A DNA stretch of 64,000 nt from Candidatus Eiseniibacteriota bacterium (GTDB lineage: Bacteria; Eisenbacteria; RBG-16-71-46; SZUA-252): NCBI GenBank assembly GCA_963724515.1, contig CAVRUU010000003.1:315319-379318 (forward strand), read 5' to 3'. Numbering within the stretch: the first letter of the stretch is position 1; every line of letters starts with the position of its first letter. The notes under the pieces are model-generated. The model saw only the letters and a program-made list of their open reading frames with translations, ran no database searches and was not told where the DNA came from. Shown one piece after another: positions 28,946 to 37,524 of the stretch. The position numbers and the translations under genes are program-made.

Positions 28946-30952
28946 CTACGGATTCAAGGTTAGCCCAAACCGGACCTCACGGCCCGGCGCCGGGAACCCC
29001 TTCACGTCGGCATAGCCCCGGTCGAGCGCATTCTGGACCCTGAGGCGCAGATCCGCGGGAACCCACCGCGCGAGCGAGGCGTTGATTCCCAGGTCGAGCG
29101 AGGAGCGCTCGGGCGTGTCGCCGCTCAGCACGCGACCGTCCGCGTCCACGAACACGAAGGGGTCGAGCATGGAGGCGCTCCACCAGAAGTCCGCGATCAC
29201 GACCAGCCCGCGGGCCGCCTCCGCCTCGACCGAGGCCCCCGCGCGCCACTCGGGCCGCTTGGCAAGCCGCGCTCCAGTCACGAGGTTCTTCCCGAGGAGG
29301 TGCGCCGCGCGTGCCTCGATCGAGAGCTTCGGGGTCGCGGCGAAGCGCGCCGCGTATTCCTCCCCCTCGATCCGCGCGCTCCCCACGTTGTCGGCGACGA
29401 AGAAGGAGTTCGACTGGATGAGATCCCGGAACCGCGTCGTGTACCAGGTCGCCTTCGCGGTGATCCGGCCCTCGAGCCATGCGCCGTCCGCGCCCGCTTC
29501 CCAAGTGCGCGAGTGCTCGGGCTTGAGGGTCGGCGAGCCGTACCCCGGATAGAAGAGGTCGGTCAGCGTGGGCGCCGTGAACGCGCGGCCGTAGCCTCCG
29601 CGCAGCTTCAGGCCGGTTTCCCGAACGTGAATCCCGAGCGAAACGCGCGGCACGCCGTAGGCGCCGTACCGGGAGTGGTCCTCGAGCCTGATCCCGGTGT
29701 CGAGCAGCACGCGATCGCGCCATTCCAGGTGCGATTGGGCGTAGAGCGAGCGGCTCTGGGTGCCTTCCGCGACCTCGGTCACGCCGCCGAACCCGCCCGA
29801 GTTCGAATCGTCGAGCCGGTCCACGCTCTCGGCGCGGTACTCCGCGCCGAGCACGCCCTGCGCCCAGGGCGCGATGTCCAATTTTCCGCGCATGGACGCG
29901 ATCGCCCGCGAGTTGTCGAGGTGCGTGCGCTGGTAGTCGGTCGTCGAGGGAGGGTTCGGGGGATTCTGGTTCTCGATCTGCCCCGCGAATCCCGAGACCT
30001 CGCCCTCGAGCGCCACCCGGGCGCCGAACGCGCGCTCGTAGGCGGCGCTTCCGGCCAGGATCCGGTCCTTCTCGTGGTTGTTGGGATCGCGCACCTGCCG
30101 GAGCGAGCCGAAGGGAGAGAGCGTGGTGTCGGCGGGGTCGAAGAGGAAATCGAACGGAAGCTCCTTGTCGCCCTGCGTCGCGAGCGCGCTCACGCGCAGG
30201 CGCTCCTCCCCGATCGGGGCCTCCAGGTGGAGCTGCCCGTTCACGCCGGAGTAGGCGTCCCGCGGACCCAGCCCCTCTGACGTGAGCCGGCTGAGCGAGA
30301 TTCCCGCGCGCGTCGCGCCCACGGGCGTCCGCCACGTGAGCCCCTGCCGCAGCGTGGCATGCTCGCCGTATTCCGCGAAGATGGTGCGTTTCGGGGCGTC
30401 GGGGCCCGGCGGGGTCAGGATCTGGATCACGCCGCCGACGGCGGCGGAGCCGTAGAGCGAGGAGGCGGGGCCGCCGAAGATCTCGACCTGGTTTACGCCC
30501 GCGCCCATGAAATCGGCGAAGTCGAAGTTTCCGATCCAGGGCCCATTGAGGGGAATCCCGTCGTAGAGGACGAGCGTGTGCCGCGGATCGGCGCCGCGAA
30601 GCCTCACGTCCGTGAGCTTTCCGGGCGCCCCGGAGCGCTGGACGTCCACGCCGGGTGCTAAGCGGAGCGCGTCCGCCAGCAGAAGCGGACGCCGCATCTC
30701 GAGGCGATCCGGCGTGATCACGGTGACGTCGGCGGGGACGCGGTCGAGCCGGATCGGAAACCGGTCGGGCGTGACGACGACCGGATCGAGCCGGTAGCGC
30801 GGATGTTCGGGAGCCACGTCGATGGGGGCGACGCCCACCCCCTCTTCCGCGACGGCGGGCGCCATGAACCCGGCGAACGGCGTAAGGAGCGAAACGAAAG
30901 TCAGAAAGGCGACGGCGGTGAAACGACGGAGAAACGCGGCGAGCGGTCCCAT
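28946..30952 (-). CDS. btuB: TonB-dependent receptor, probable cobalamin transporter BtuB
   Basis: Signal peptide, 'DPVVVT' TonB box, plug motifs (LRGA...LVLYDG, GPASSLYGS), APTLTDL and LKPE. Lies directly downstream of a cobalamin riboswitch; RBS GGGGAGG before ATG 30952. Confidence 0.85.
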   Translation of the reverse strand: MGPLAAFLRRFTAVAFLTFVSLLTPFAGFMAPAVAEEGVGVAPIDVAPEHPRYRLDPVVVTPDRFPIRLDRVPADVTVITPDRLEMRRPLLLADALRLAPGVDVQRSGAPGKLTDVRLRGADPRHTLVLYDGIPLNGPWIGNFDFADFMGAGVNQVEIFGGPASSLYGSAAVGGVIQILTPPGPDAPKRTIFAEYGEHATLRQGLTWRTPVGATRAGISLSRLTSEGLGPRDAYSGVNGQLHLEAPIGEERLRVSALATQGDKELPFDFLFDPADTTLSPFGSLRQVRDPNNHEKDRILAGSAAYERAFGARVALEGEVSGFAGQIENQNPPNPPSTTDYQRTHLDNSRAIASMRGKLDIAPWAQGVLGAEYRAESVDRLDDSNSGGFGGVTEVAEGTQSRSLYAQSHLEWRDRVLLDTGIRLEDHSRYGAYGVPRVSLGIHVRETGLKLRGGYGRAFTAPTLTDLFYPGYGSPTLKPEHSRTWEAGADGAWLEGRITAKATWYTTRFRDLIQSNSFFVADNVGSARIEGEEYAARFAATPKLSIEARAAHLLGKNLVTGARLAKRPEWRAGASVEAEAARGLVVIADFWWSASMLDPFVFVDADGRVLSGDTPERSSLDLGINASLARWVPADLRLRVQNALDRGYADVKGFPAPGREVRFGLTLNP

Positions 30953-30984
30953 GGTCCTCCCTCTCGAAGGACGAGGTGATACGA

Positions 30985-31146
30985 GAGAGCGGGCCGGTCT
31001 CCTGACTCGCGGATCGTTCTCAAGCGGCGCCTTCCCGGGATTGACCCAGTGGCATGATGCCGCTCTCGTCACCGCTCACAGTGGCGGGGCCGTGTCGGAT
31101 TCGCACCGACTTCCCGGGCCTCCAGAGGGAGGCCCTTCCCACTCTC
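30985..31146 (-). ncRNA. Cobalamin (B12) riboswitch
   Basis: Minus strand GGGAAGTCGGTGCGAATCCGACACGGCCCCGCCACTGT...GCCACTGGG...GGGAAGGC...AGTCAGGAGACCGGCC (B12 box), with closing stem GAGAGTGGG/CCCGCTCTC, upstream of a TonB receptor. Confidence 0.93.
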
Positions 31147-31178
31147 GCCACGGTCACGGTCACGACCGTGGCGGACGG

Positions 31179-31207
31179 AGCATAGCGCAGGCGCGCCGAG
31201 TTGTGAA
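31179..31207 (-). promoter_or_regulatory. Putative sigma70 promoter of the riboswitch-btuB transcript
   Basis: TTCACA-N17-TATGCT, followed by a perfect 10-bp hairpin (31146-31173) and then the riboswitch. Confidence 0.6.
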
Positions 31208-31210
31208 TCG

Positions 31211-31795
31211 CTAGAACTTCACGCTCGGCGCGGTCTTGGCCACCGCGGCGGCCTCGAACAAGGGGTGCTGCTCGAAATTGAAGGCTGACGCGACCAGATT
31301 CGAGGGGAATTGCCGCACCTTGATGTTGTAGGCGCGGACGACCTCGTTGTACCGCATGCGCTCCACCGCCAGGCGGTTCTCCGTCCCGGCCAGCTCGTCC
31401 TGCAATCGCATGAAGTTCTCGTTCGACTTGAGCACCGGATAATTCTCGACGACCACCAGCAGCCGCGCCAACGCGCCCTCGAGCTCCTGGTTCGCCGCGA
31501 TCTTCTGTCCGACCGTCTGCGCGCTTCCGATCCGGGCGCGGGCGTCGGCGATCGCCGTGAAAATAGTGGTCTCCTGCTTCGCGTAACCCTTCACGGTCTC
31601 GACCAGGTTCGGGATCAGGTCGTACCGTCGCTGGAGCTGATTCTCGACCTGCGCCCAAGCCGTCTTGATCTGCTCCTGTTGCGACACCAGGTCGTTGTAC
31701 GTGGTCCTCACGTACCCGGCGATGAAGAGCACGACCAGAAGCAAGCCCCCGAGCACGAGCAGGGCGGCCATCCACGGACTGCGTCCTGATGCCAT
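31211..31795 (-). CDS. lemA: LemA family protein
   Basis: N-terminal TM, AWAQVENQLQRRYDLIPNLVETVKGY, ENYPVLKSNENF and ELAGTENRLAVERMRYN. Confidence 0.96.
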   Translation of the reverse strand: MASGRSPWMAALLVLGGLLLVVLFIAGYVRTTYNDLVSQQEQIKTAWAQVENQLQRRYDLIPNLVETVKGYAKQETTIFTAIADARARIGSAQTVGQKIAANQELEGALARLLVVVENYPVLKSNENFMRLQDELAGTENRLAVERMRYNEVVRAYNIKVRQFPSNLVASAFNFEQHPLFEAAAVAKTAPSVKF

Positions 31796-31808
31796 CGGTC
31801 CCTCCTTC

Positions 31809-32549
31809 TTAGAGGTTGCCGGCCGGGGCGGTGATCCGCTCCGCCGAGTCGAGCAGCTGATGCAGGATCTTCAAGGCGGACTCGAGAAGCTGGACCGCTT
31901 CCACGCGCTCCCGCTTCCGGTCCCGGATCGTGAGAAGCCGCATGAACGAGGCCCCGTCGATCCCGAACAACGCCGCGCACCGGTCGGCCACCACGCGCTT
32001 CGCGCGCGGGACGGGCTCGCCGGCGAGGTACAGGAGTCCCGAGGCGGAGGCCGTGATCGCGTTGGACGCCTGAAGCGCCCAGAGCTTGGCGCCGCCTCGC
32101 GTTCCGGCCATCGCGACGTAGCTCAGGCCGAGCCCCAGCTCCTGGGCTCGGAGGACGCGCTCCACCTCGAGTCTCAGCGCCTCGCGCTCGAACGTGAGCG
32201 GGCCGAAGTAGTCCGTTCCGTGGAGCGTCTCCCGGCACTCGCGGATGAGAAGGTACTCCAGGGGATACGCGTCGAGGGAACGGCGCAGCGTCTCCTCGGA
32301 AAGAAGCAGCGGCCGCACCACGCGGCAGCGCTGCCATGTCCGATACACGCCGCGGAGCGCGGCCAGCTCCGCGGCGCCGAGGGACGAGAATACGAGCGCC
32401 AAGTTCACGTCGGAATACATGGGATGGAACTCGCCGCCCGTAGCACTCCCGTAGAGCGAAGCGCCTCGGAGCTTCTCTCCGGTCGCCCGCCGGGCCGCCT
32501 CCACCGCCCGTCGGGCCGCCCCGCGAGGATCGAACTTGCCCGGCCACAT
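31809..32549 (-). CDS. Nucleotidyltransferase-fold (Pol-beta-like) protein
   Basis: SLYGSA...SDVNLALV resembles the hGS-x-DxD motif (here DxN). Sits between the TPM gene and lemA; start 32549 or 32591. Confidence 0.65.
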   Translation of the reverse strand: MWPGKFDPRGAARRAVEAARRATGEKLRGASLYGSATGGEFHPMYSDVNLALVFSSLGAAELAALRGVYRTWQRCRVVRPLLLSEETLRRSLDAYPLEYLLIRECRETLHGTDYFGPLTFEREALRLEVERVLRAQELGLGLSYVAMAGTRGGAKLWALQASNAITASASGLLYLAGEPVPRAKRVVADRCAALFGIDGASFMRLLTIRDRKRERVEAVQLLESALKILHQLLDSAERITAPAGNL

Positions 32550-32580
32550 GCCTCTCGACCTTCCCTTCGCTTCGTCCCGC

Positions 32581-33411
32581 TCAGAATCCACCGCTCGCTC
32601 CTCCGCCGCCGCTCCTGCCGCCGCCGAATCCGCCGAACCCGCCGCCGCCGAACCCGCCGCCGCCGCCGAACCCGCCACCCATCCCACCCATTCCGCCGAA
32701 CATCCCGCCGAATCCGCCCGGTCCGCCTCCCCACCAGGGACCGCGACCGGACCTCCAGCGCCCTCCCGACGATCCTCGACGCAGGATCCCGCTCAGGACC
32801 AGCGCCAGGAAGAACGCCACCAGGAAGAGCCCGGGATTTCCCCTCTCGTCATCCGCGTCCTCGGCCGGAAGCGCCGAAGCTCCCGTGATCGAGACGCCGC
32901 GGTCTCTCGCGATGACCCCCGCGACCGCCCGCGCTCCCCCCAGGAGACCGCTCCCGATGCGGCCCTGCGCGAGCTCGGGCGCCATGACGCGCCGGATGAT
33001 CGAGCCGCAGAGCCCGTCGGGAAGGATTCCCTCGAGGCCGTAGCCGACCTCGATCCGGACCCGCCGCTCCCCGGCGGCGAGGAGGATCAAGACCCCCTCA
33101 TCGCGCCCTTTCTTGCCGATGCCCCATTTTTCGAAGAGATCCACCGCGACCGGCTCGATTTCGTCGCCGCCGAGATCCGGTAGCGTCGCGACGGCAAGCT
33201 CCGCGCCGGTCTTCTCGCGAAGCTCATGGGCGAGCGCCTCGATCGAGTCGCGCGACGCCGGGTCCACGATCCCGGCGAAGTCGCTGACAAAGCCTTGCGG
33301 CTCGGGCCACGTCCGCGCGAGAGCGTCCGGAGCCCACGCGGGCGCTCCCACGATCAGGACCGCGAATAGTGCGAGCCTAGCTCGAGCGATAGTTCGTGAA
33401 CTGGAGGTCAA
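32581..33411 (-). CDS. TPM domain-containing membrane protein (YgcG-like)
   Basis: VSDFAGIV, WGIGKKGRDEGVLIL, RIEVGYGLEGILPD, a TM helix and a Gly-rich tail ending SGGGGASGGF. Start uncertain. Confidence 0.92.
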   Translation of the reverse strand: MTSSSRTIARARLALFAVLIVGAPAWAPDALARTWPEPQGFVSDFAGIVDPASRDSIEALAHELREKTGAELAVATLPDLGGDEIEPVAVDLFEKWGIGKKGRDEGVLILLAAGERRVRIEVGYGLEGILPDGLCGSIIRRVMAPELAQGRIGSGLLGGARAVAGVIARDRGVSITGASALPAEDADDERGNPGLFLVAFFLALVLSGILRRGSSGGRWRSGRGPWWGGGPGGFGGMFGGMGGMGGGFGGGGGFGGGGFGGFGGGRSGGGGASGGF

Positions 33412-33874
33412 GGCCGAAGTCCTGAGCCTTGAGCGACCCGATCACGGCTTGAAGATCGTCGCGATTCTTGCCGCTCACGCGCACCTGGTTCTCCTGGATC
33501 GCAGCCTGGACCCGGATGCCGGTCCCTTTGATGAATTTCACGATCTCCTTCGCCTTCTCGGTCGGAATGCCACGCTGAACCGTCACGACCTGGCGCACCG
33601 TTCCCTTGGCGGCGGGCTCGATCTTCCCGTATTGGAGCGCTTTCAGGGAGACGCCGCGCTTCACCAGCTTCGTGGTGAGCACGTCGATCACGGCCTTGAG
33701 GCGCGATTCGTCGTCCGAGAGGAGCGTGATCGTGTCCGCTTCGAGCGTGATGTCGCTCACGCTGCCCTTGAAATCGAAGCGCTGCCGGATCTCCTTCATC
33801 GCCTGCTGTACCGAGTTCGACGCCTCCATCATATTGACCTCGGAGACCACGTCGAACGAATTCGAAGCCGCCAT
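33377..33874 (-). CDS. yajQ: YajQ family nucleotide/c-di-GMP-binding protein
   Basis: SFDVVSEV, RFDFKG, KLVKRG and VQAAIQ...RVSGKNRDDLQ; RBS AGGAGG before ATG 33874. Confidence 0.95.
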   Translation of the reverse strand: MAASNSFDVVSEVNMMEASNSVQQAMKEIRQRFDFKGSVSDITLEADTITLLSDDESRLKAVIDVLTTKLVKRGVSLKALQYGKIEPAAKGTVRQVVTVQRGIPTEKAKEIVKFIKGTGIRVQAAIQENQVRVSGKNRDDLQAVIGSLKAQDFGLDLQFTNYRSS

Positions 33875-33898
33875 CCGCCCCTCCTGGGCGCCGCCCAC

Positions 33899-33938
33899 AA
33901 GAAGACGGGGAAGCGCAGCTCGAAAGCGCGCTTCCCCG
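33899..33938 (-). terminator. Hairpin/terminator between the small lipoprotein gene and yajQ
   Basis: CGGGGAAGCGC...GCGCTTCCCCG (11-bp arms) followed by TCTTCTT on the minus strand. Confidence 0.6.
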
Positions 33939-34029
33939 AATTGAAACAACGCTACTCTATGCGAATTGCCTGAGATCCGATCGAGCCCAAGTAGCGCCGG
34001 CCCCGCGGGACCGTGCCGAACGAGCAGAA

Positions 34030-34212
34030 CTAGTGCACGTGGGTCGTATCGGACATCATGGTGGTATCCGTCGCAGCCGGCGGCGTCGTGGTTTGCTCCA
34101 TTCCCTGCTCGCCCTCAGTCGAGGACTGCTCCGCCTTCTTGCTGCAGCCGAGCGCGAAGAGAAGCGCGCACGTGAATACGAGAACCAGAGTGACCGCTAA
34201 CATCTTCTTCAT
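34030..34212 (-). CDS. Small (60 aa) lipoprotein
   Basis: AAGGAGGTGA RBS; MKKMLAVTLVLVFTCALLFALG-C lipobox; Ser/Thr/Glu-rich disordered mature part. Confidence 0.8.
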   Translation of the reverse strand: MKKMLAVTLVLVFTCALLFALGCSKKAEQSSTEGEQGMEQTTTPPAATDTTMMSDTTHVH

Positions 34213-34396
34213 TTCTCTATCACCTCCTTCCACTGTTCCCTATTGGCGTCTCCCGAATAATCGAGACGGGTGTGGCGAATAAAGCAAAACACCACTGCTG
34301 GCAGCGGTGCCTCGGGGAATTGCCTGTGTTTACACGTCGTCACCGGTTCTGTCGGTCCACCGCCCAGAGAATTCGGGAGCGGCAAAAGACGGGCGG

Positions 34397-34425
34397 ACCA
34401 TACGCGGCAGGTCCGAGGGTGTCAA
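34397..34425 (-). promoter_or_regulatory. Putative sigma70 promoter
   Basis: TTGACA-N17-TATGGT about 185 nt upstream of the lipoprotein start. Confidence 0.65.
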
Positions 34426-34451
34426 GGGGGCAATTGATCGGGGGAATCTAC

Positions 34452-35591
34452 CTAGAGCACGGAGAGCATGGACTCGAGGTCCAAAAGGAGATCCTCGAGA
34501 TCCTCGATGCCCACCGAAATTCTTACGAGACCGTCGGTTAGGCCGACGCTCTCCCGGTCCTTGCGCGGGACCGAGGCGTGGGTCATGGAGGCCGGGTGGG
34601 AGATCAGGCTCTCGACCCCCCCGAGGCTCTCGGCGAGCGCGAAAAGGCGCGCTCGCTTGAGCACCTGAGCCCCCTTTTCGATCGACCCCGTGTCGAAAGC
34701 GATCATGCCGCCGAATCCGGACGCCTGGCGCTTGTGAAGCTCGTGACCGGGATGGCTCTTGAGGCCCGGATAGAAGATGCGCGTCAATTCGGGTTGCTTG
34801 GCGAGCCATTCGGCGATCGCCCCGGCGTTCTGCTCGTGGCGCTCCATGCGCAGGGCGAGCGTCTTGATCCCGCGCAGGCAGAGCCAGCAGTCGAAGGGCC
34901 CGGGCACGGCGCCCGCCGCGTTCTGTACGAACTGGAGCCGCTCGGAGGCGGCCGCGTCGTTCGAGATCACGATGCCCCCGACCATGTCGCTGTGCCCGTT
35001 CAGGTACTTCGTGGTGCTGTGCACGACCAGGTGCGCGCCCAGCTCGATCGGCCTCTGGAAGTACGGGGTCATGAACGTGTTGTCGACGACGAGCAGCGCC
35101 CCCCTCGAGCGCGCGAGATTCGCGAGCGCGCGAAGATCGGAGATGATCATGGAGGGGTTCGTGGGCGTTTCCATGAAGAGCATCCGCGTCTCTGGAAGGA
35201 ACGCCCTCTCGGTGGCCGCGAGGTCGCCCGTGTTCACGTACGTGAACGTGAGCCCATACGTGGTCAGGATCTTCTCGAACAGCCGGTACGTGCCTCCGTA
35301 CATGTTGTTCGAGGCGACGACGTGGTCCCCGGCTTTCAGGAGGTAGGTGACCGCCGTGATCGCCGCCATGCCGGATGCGAAGGCGAATCCGCGCTCGCCT
35401 CGCTCGAGGACCGCGAGGTTCTTCTCGAGGGCGAACCGGGTCGGATTCTGCGTCCGGGCGTACTCGAATCCCTTGTGCTTCCCCAGCTCCTCCTGGACGT
35501 AGGTCGAGGTCTGGTAGATGGGGATGGTGACGGCCCCGGTGACCGGATCGGGCTGCTGCCCGGCGTGGACGGCGTCGGTGGAGAATCCCAT
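34452..35591 (-). CDS. Cystathionine gamma-lyase/synthase (Cys/Met metabolism PLP enzyme)
   Basis: PIYQTSTY, YARTQNPT, FASGMAA, ETPTNP, DNTF, HSTTKYLNGHSD and AESLGGVESL; paired with cbs. Confidence 0.95.
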   Translation of the reverse strand: MGFSTDAVHAGQQPDPVTGAVTIPIYQTSTYVQEELGKHKGFEYARTQNPTRFALEKNLAVLERGERGFAFASGMAAITAVTYLLKAGDHVVASNNMYGGTYRLFEKILTTYGLTFTYVNTGDLAATERAFLPETRMLFMETPTNPSMIISDLRALANLARSRGALLVVDNTFMTPYFQRPIELGAHLVVHSTTKYLNGHSDMVGGIVISNDAAASERLQFVQNAAGAVPGPFDCWLCLRGIKTLALRMERHEQNAGAIAEWLAKQPELTRIFYPGLKSHPGHELHKRQASGFGGMIAFDTGSIEKGAQVLKRARLFALAESLGGVESLISHPASMTHASVPRKDRESVGLTDGLVRISVGIEDLEDLLLDLESMLSVL

Positions 35592-35595
35592 GGCC

Positions 35596-37029
35596 CTAGG
35601 GATTGATGTACTCGAGAAGGTCGAAGCGCGTGAGGATGCCTGCGGGCTTCCCGTGCTCGTCCACCGCGACCGCGGCGTTGCTTCCCGCGAGCACCTTCAT
35701 CGCGCGCGGCAGGTGCGCATCGAGGGGAACGACCGGGAGCGGCTTCTCGAGCAGGTACTCGACACGGGTGTCCCCGTGGGCCGAGCCATCCAGGGCTTTC
35801 TGGAGCAGGACTCCTTCGCTCACCGAGCCGACCACGTTTCCATCCTTGAGCACCGGGAGCTGGGAGATGTTGAACTCGCGGATCAGGGCAAGAGCGCGAT
35901 CGAGTGTGTCGTCGTAGTTGATCGAGACGAACGACGGGATGTGATTTCCCTTCCCGGCCATGACGTCCGCGACCGTGACCATGCTCGAATCGAGCAGGCG
36001 GTTGTCGCGCATCCATTCGTCCGAGTGCACCTTCGAGAGATATCGCTCCCCGGTGTCGGGGATGATCACGACCACCACCTGCCCCTGCTTGGCGGAACGC
36101 GCCACTTGCAGCGCCGCGTACAGGGCGGTGCCGGCCGAGCCTCCCGCGAGAATTCCTTCCTCGCGCGCGAGCCGGCGGGCGAGGTTCAAGGACTGCGCAT
36201 CGTTCACCGAGATGACCTCGTCGATCATCGAGAAATCGAGCGTGCCGGGCAGGAAATCCTCGCCGATCCCCTCCACCTTGTAGGTCTTCGCCGGGACCAT
36301 CTTCTTCGTGTAGAAGTAATCCTTGAGGATCGAGCCGACCGGATCCGCGCCGACGACCTTGATCTTGGGATTCTGCTGCTTCAGATAGCGCGCCGTTCCG
36401 CTGATCGTCCCGCCCGTGCCCAGGGCCGCGACGAAGTAGTCGATCTTGCCGCCGGTCTGCTTCCAGATCTCGGGACCCGTCGTGCGGAAGTGAGCCTCGG
36501 GATTCGTCGGGTTGTAATACTGGTTCGCCAGGAAGGCGCCCGGGATCTCGCGTCCGAGGCGTTTCGCGACCTCGTAATAGGATTCGGGGGAGTCCGGGGG
36601 CAGCGCGGTCGGGGTGATCACGACCTGGGCGCCGAAGGACTTCAGAAGATTGATCTTCTCCTTGCTCACTTTGTCGGGCATCACGAAGATCGCCCGGTAG
36701 CCCTTGATCGCGGCCACGAGCGCGAGACCCATCCCCGTGTTCCCCGAAGTCGCCTCGACGATCGCCCCGCCGGGCTTCAGCAGCCCCTTTGCCTCCGCCT
36801 CCTGGACGATCGCGACCGCGATGCGATCCTTCACGGAGCCGCCCGGGTTGAACGACTCGACCTTGGCGAGCACCGTGGCCGGCATTTCGGCAGCAAGGTG
36901 CCGCAGCCGCACCATCGGCGTGTTCCCAATGGTATCGAGGATCGAGTCGACGATCGTGGGCGGCGCCGGAGCGATGGGTGCTTCGCGTGCGGCTTCCGTT
37001 GCGGTTTCGGTCGTGTTTTTCGGAGTCAT
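35596..37029 (-). CDS. cbs: Cystathionine beta-synthase with C-terminal CBS domains
   Basis: NPGGSVKDR, EATSGNTG, GTGGT, YKVEGIGEDF and PDTGERYLSK, then a tandem CBS pair. Confidence 0.93.
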   Translation of the reverse strand: MTPKNTTETATEAAREAPIAPAPPTIVDSILDTIGNTPMVRLRHLAAEMPATVLAKVESFNPGGSVKDRIAVAIVQEAEAKGLLKPGGAIVEATSGNTGMGLALVAAIKGYRAIFVMPDKVSKEKINLLKSFGAQVVITPTALPPDSPESYYEVAKRLGREIPGAFLANQYYNPTNPEAHFRTTGPEIWKQTGGKIDYFVAALGTGGTISGTARYLKQQNPKIKVVGADPVGSILKDYFYTKKMVPAKTYKVEGIGEDFLPGTLDFSMIDEVISVNDAQSLNLARRLAREEGILAGGSAGTALYAALQVARSAKQGQVVVVIIPDTGERYLSKVHSDEWMRDNRLLDSSMVTVADVMAGKGNHIPSFVSINYDDTLDRALALIREFNISQLPVLKDGNVVGSVSEGVLLQKALDGSAHGDTRVEYLLEKPLPVVPLDAHLPRAMKVLAGSNAAVAVDEHGKPAGILTRFDLLEYINP

Positions 37030-37065
37030 CTCAGGGGCTGGGGGAGCATGTGCAAAGGTCCCATG

Positions 37066-37094
37066 ACGCTACGGTCCCCGGGCCCCCCGGTCAA
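37066..37094 (-). promoter_or_regulatory. Putative sigma70 promoter of cbs-cgl
   Basis: TTGACC-N17-TAGCGT. Confidence 0.5.
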
Positions 37095-37111
37095 GAGCGG
37101 AATTGCGGGGA

Positions 37112-37510
37112 TCAGGGGCTCGTGGGCACCGATTTCAGGAGGGCTTCGATGTGACCCAGCACCTCGGAGAAGTCGTAGGGCTTGGTGATGAAGCGGTTCG
37201 CGCCCATCTCCATCGCGAGCAGCTGGTCCCCTTCCTGCGTCCTCGCGGAGAGAATGATGATCGGGATGTTCTTGTACCGCTCGTCGAATTTGAGAAGCCG
37301 GCAGACCTTGTACCCGTCGAGCTTCGGGAGCATGAGGTCGAGCAGGATGATGTCGGGCTTGGTCTCGCGCGCCCTCTTCAGCGCCTCCTGGCCGTCGGAG
37401 GCCGTCTCGACCTGATACCCGGCCGCTTCGAGGCCGAACTGCAGAATGCGGATGAGATCCGCCTCGTCGTCGACCACCAGCACCCGCGCTCGCGGCTGGC
37501 TAGAATTCAT
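37112..37510 (-). CDS. Single-domain response regulator (receiver)
   Basis: VLVVDDE, ILLDLMLP (phospho-Asp), LSA and FITKP; last gene of the pilus cluster. Confidence 0.93.
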   Translation of the reverse strand: MNSSQPRARVLVVDDEADLIRILQFGLEAAGYQVETASDGQEALKRARETKPDIILLDLMLPKLDGYKVCRLLKFDERYKNIPIIILSARTQEGDQLLAMEMGANRFITKPYDFSEVLGHIEALLKSVPTSP

Positions 37511-37524
37511 GTCCGGTCCCCTCC

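Noticed and set aside
28130-31146. B12 riboswitch controlling the downstream crt-thiolase operon
   Set aside because: The platform looks translational (RBS sequestration of btuB only), and a separate TTGGGC-N17-TACACT motif lies at the btuB 3' end just before crt.
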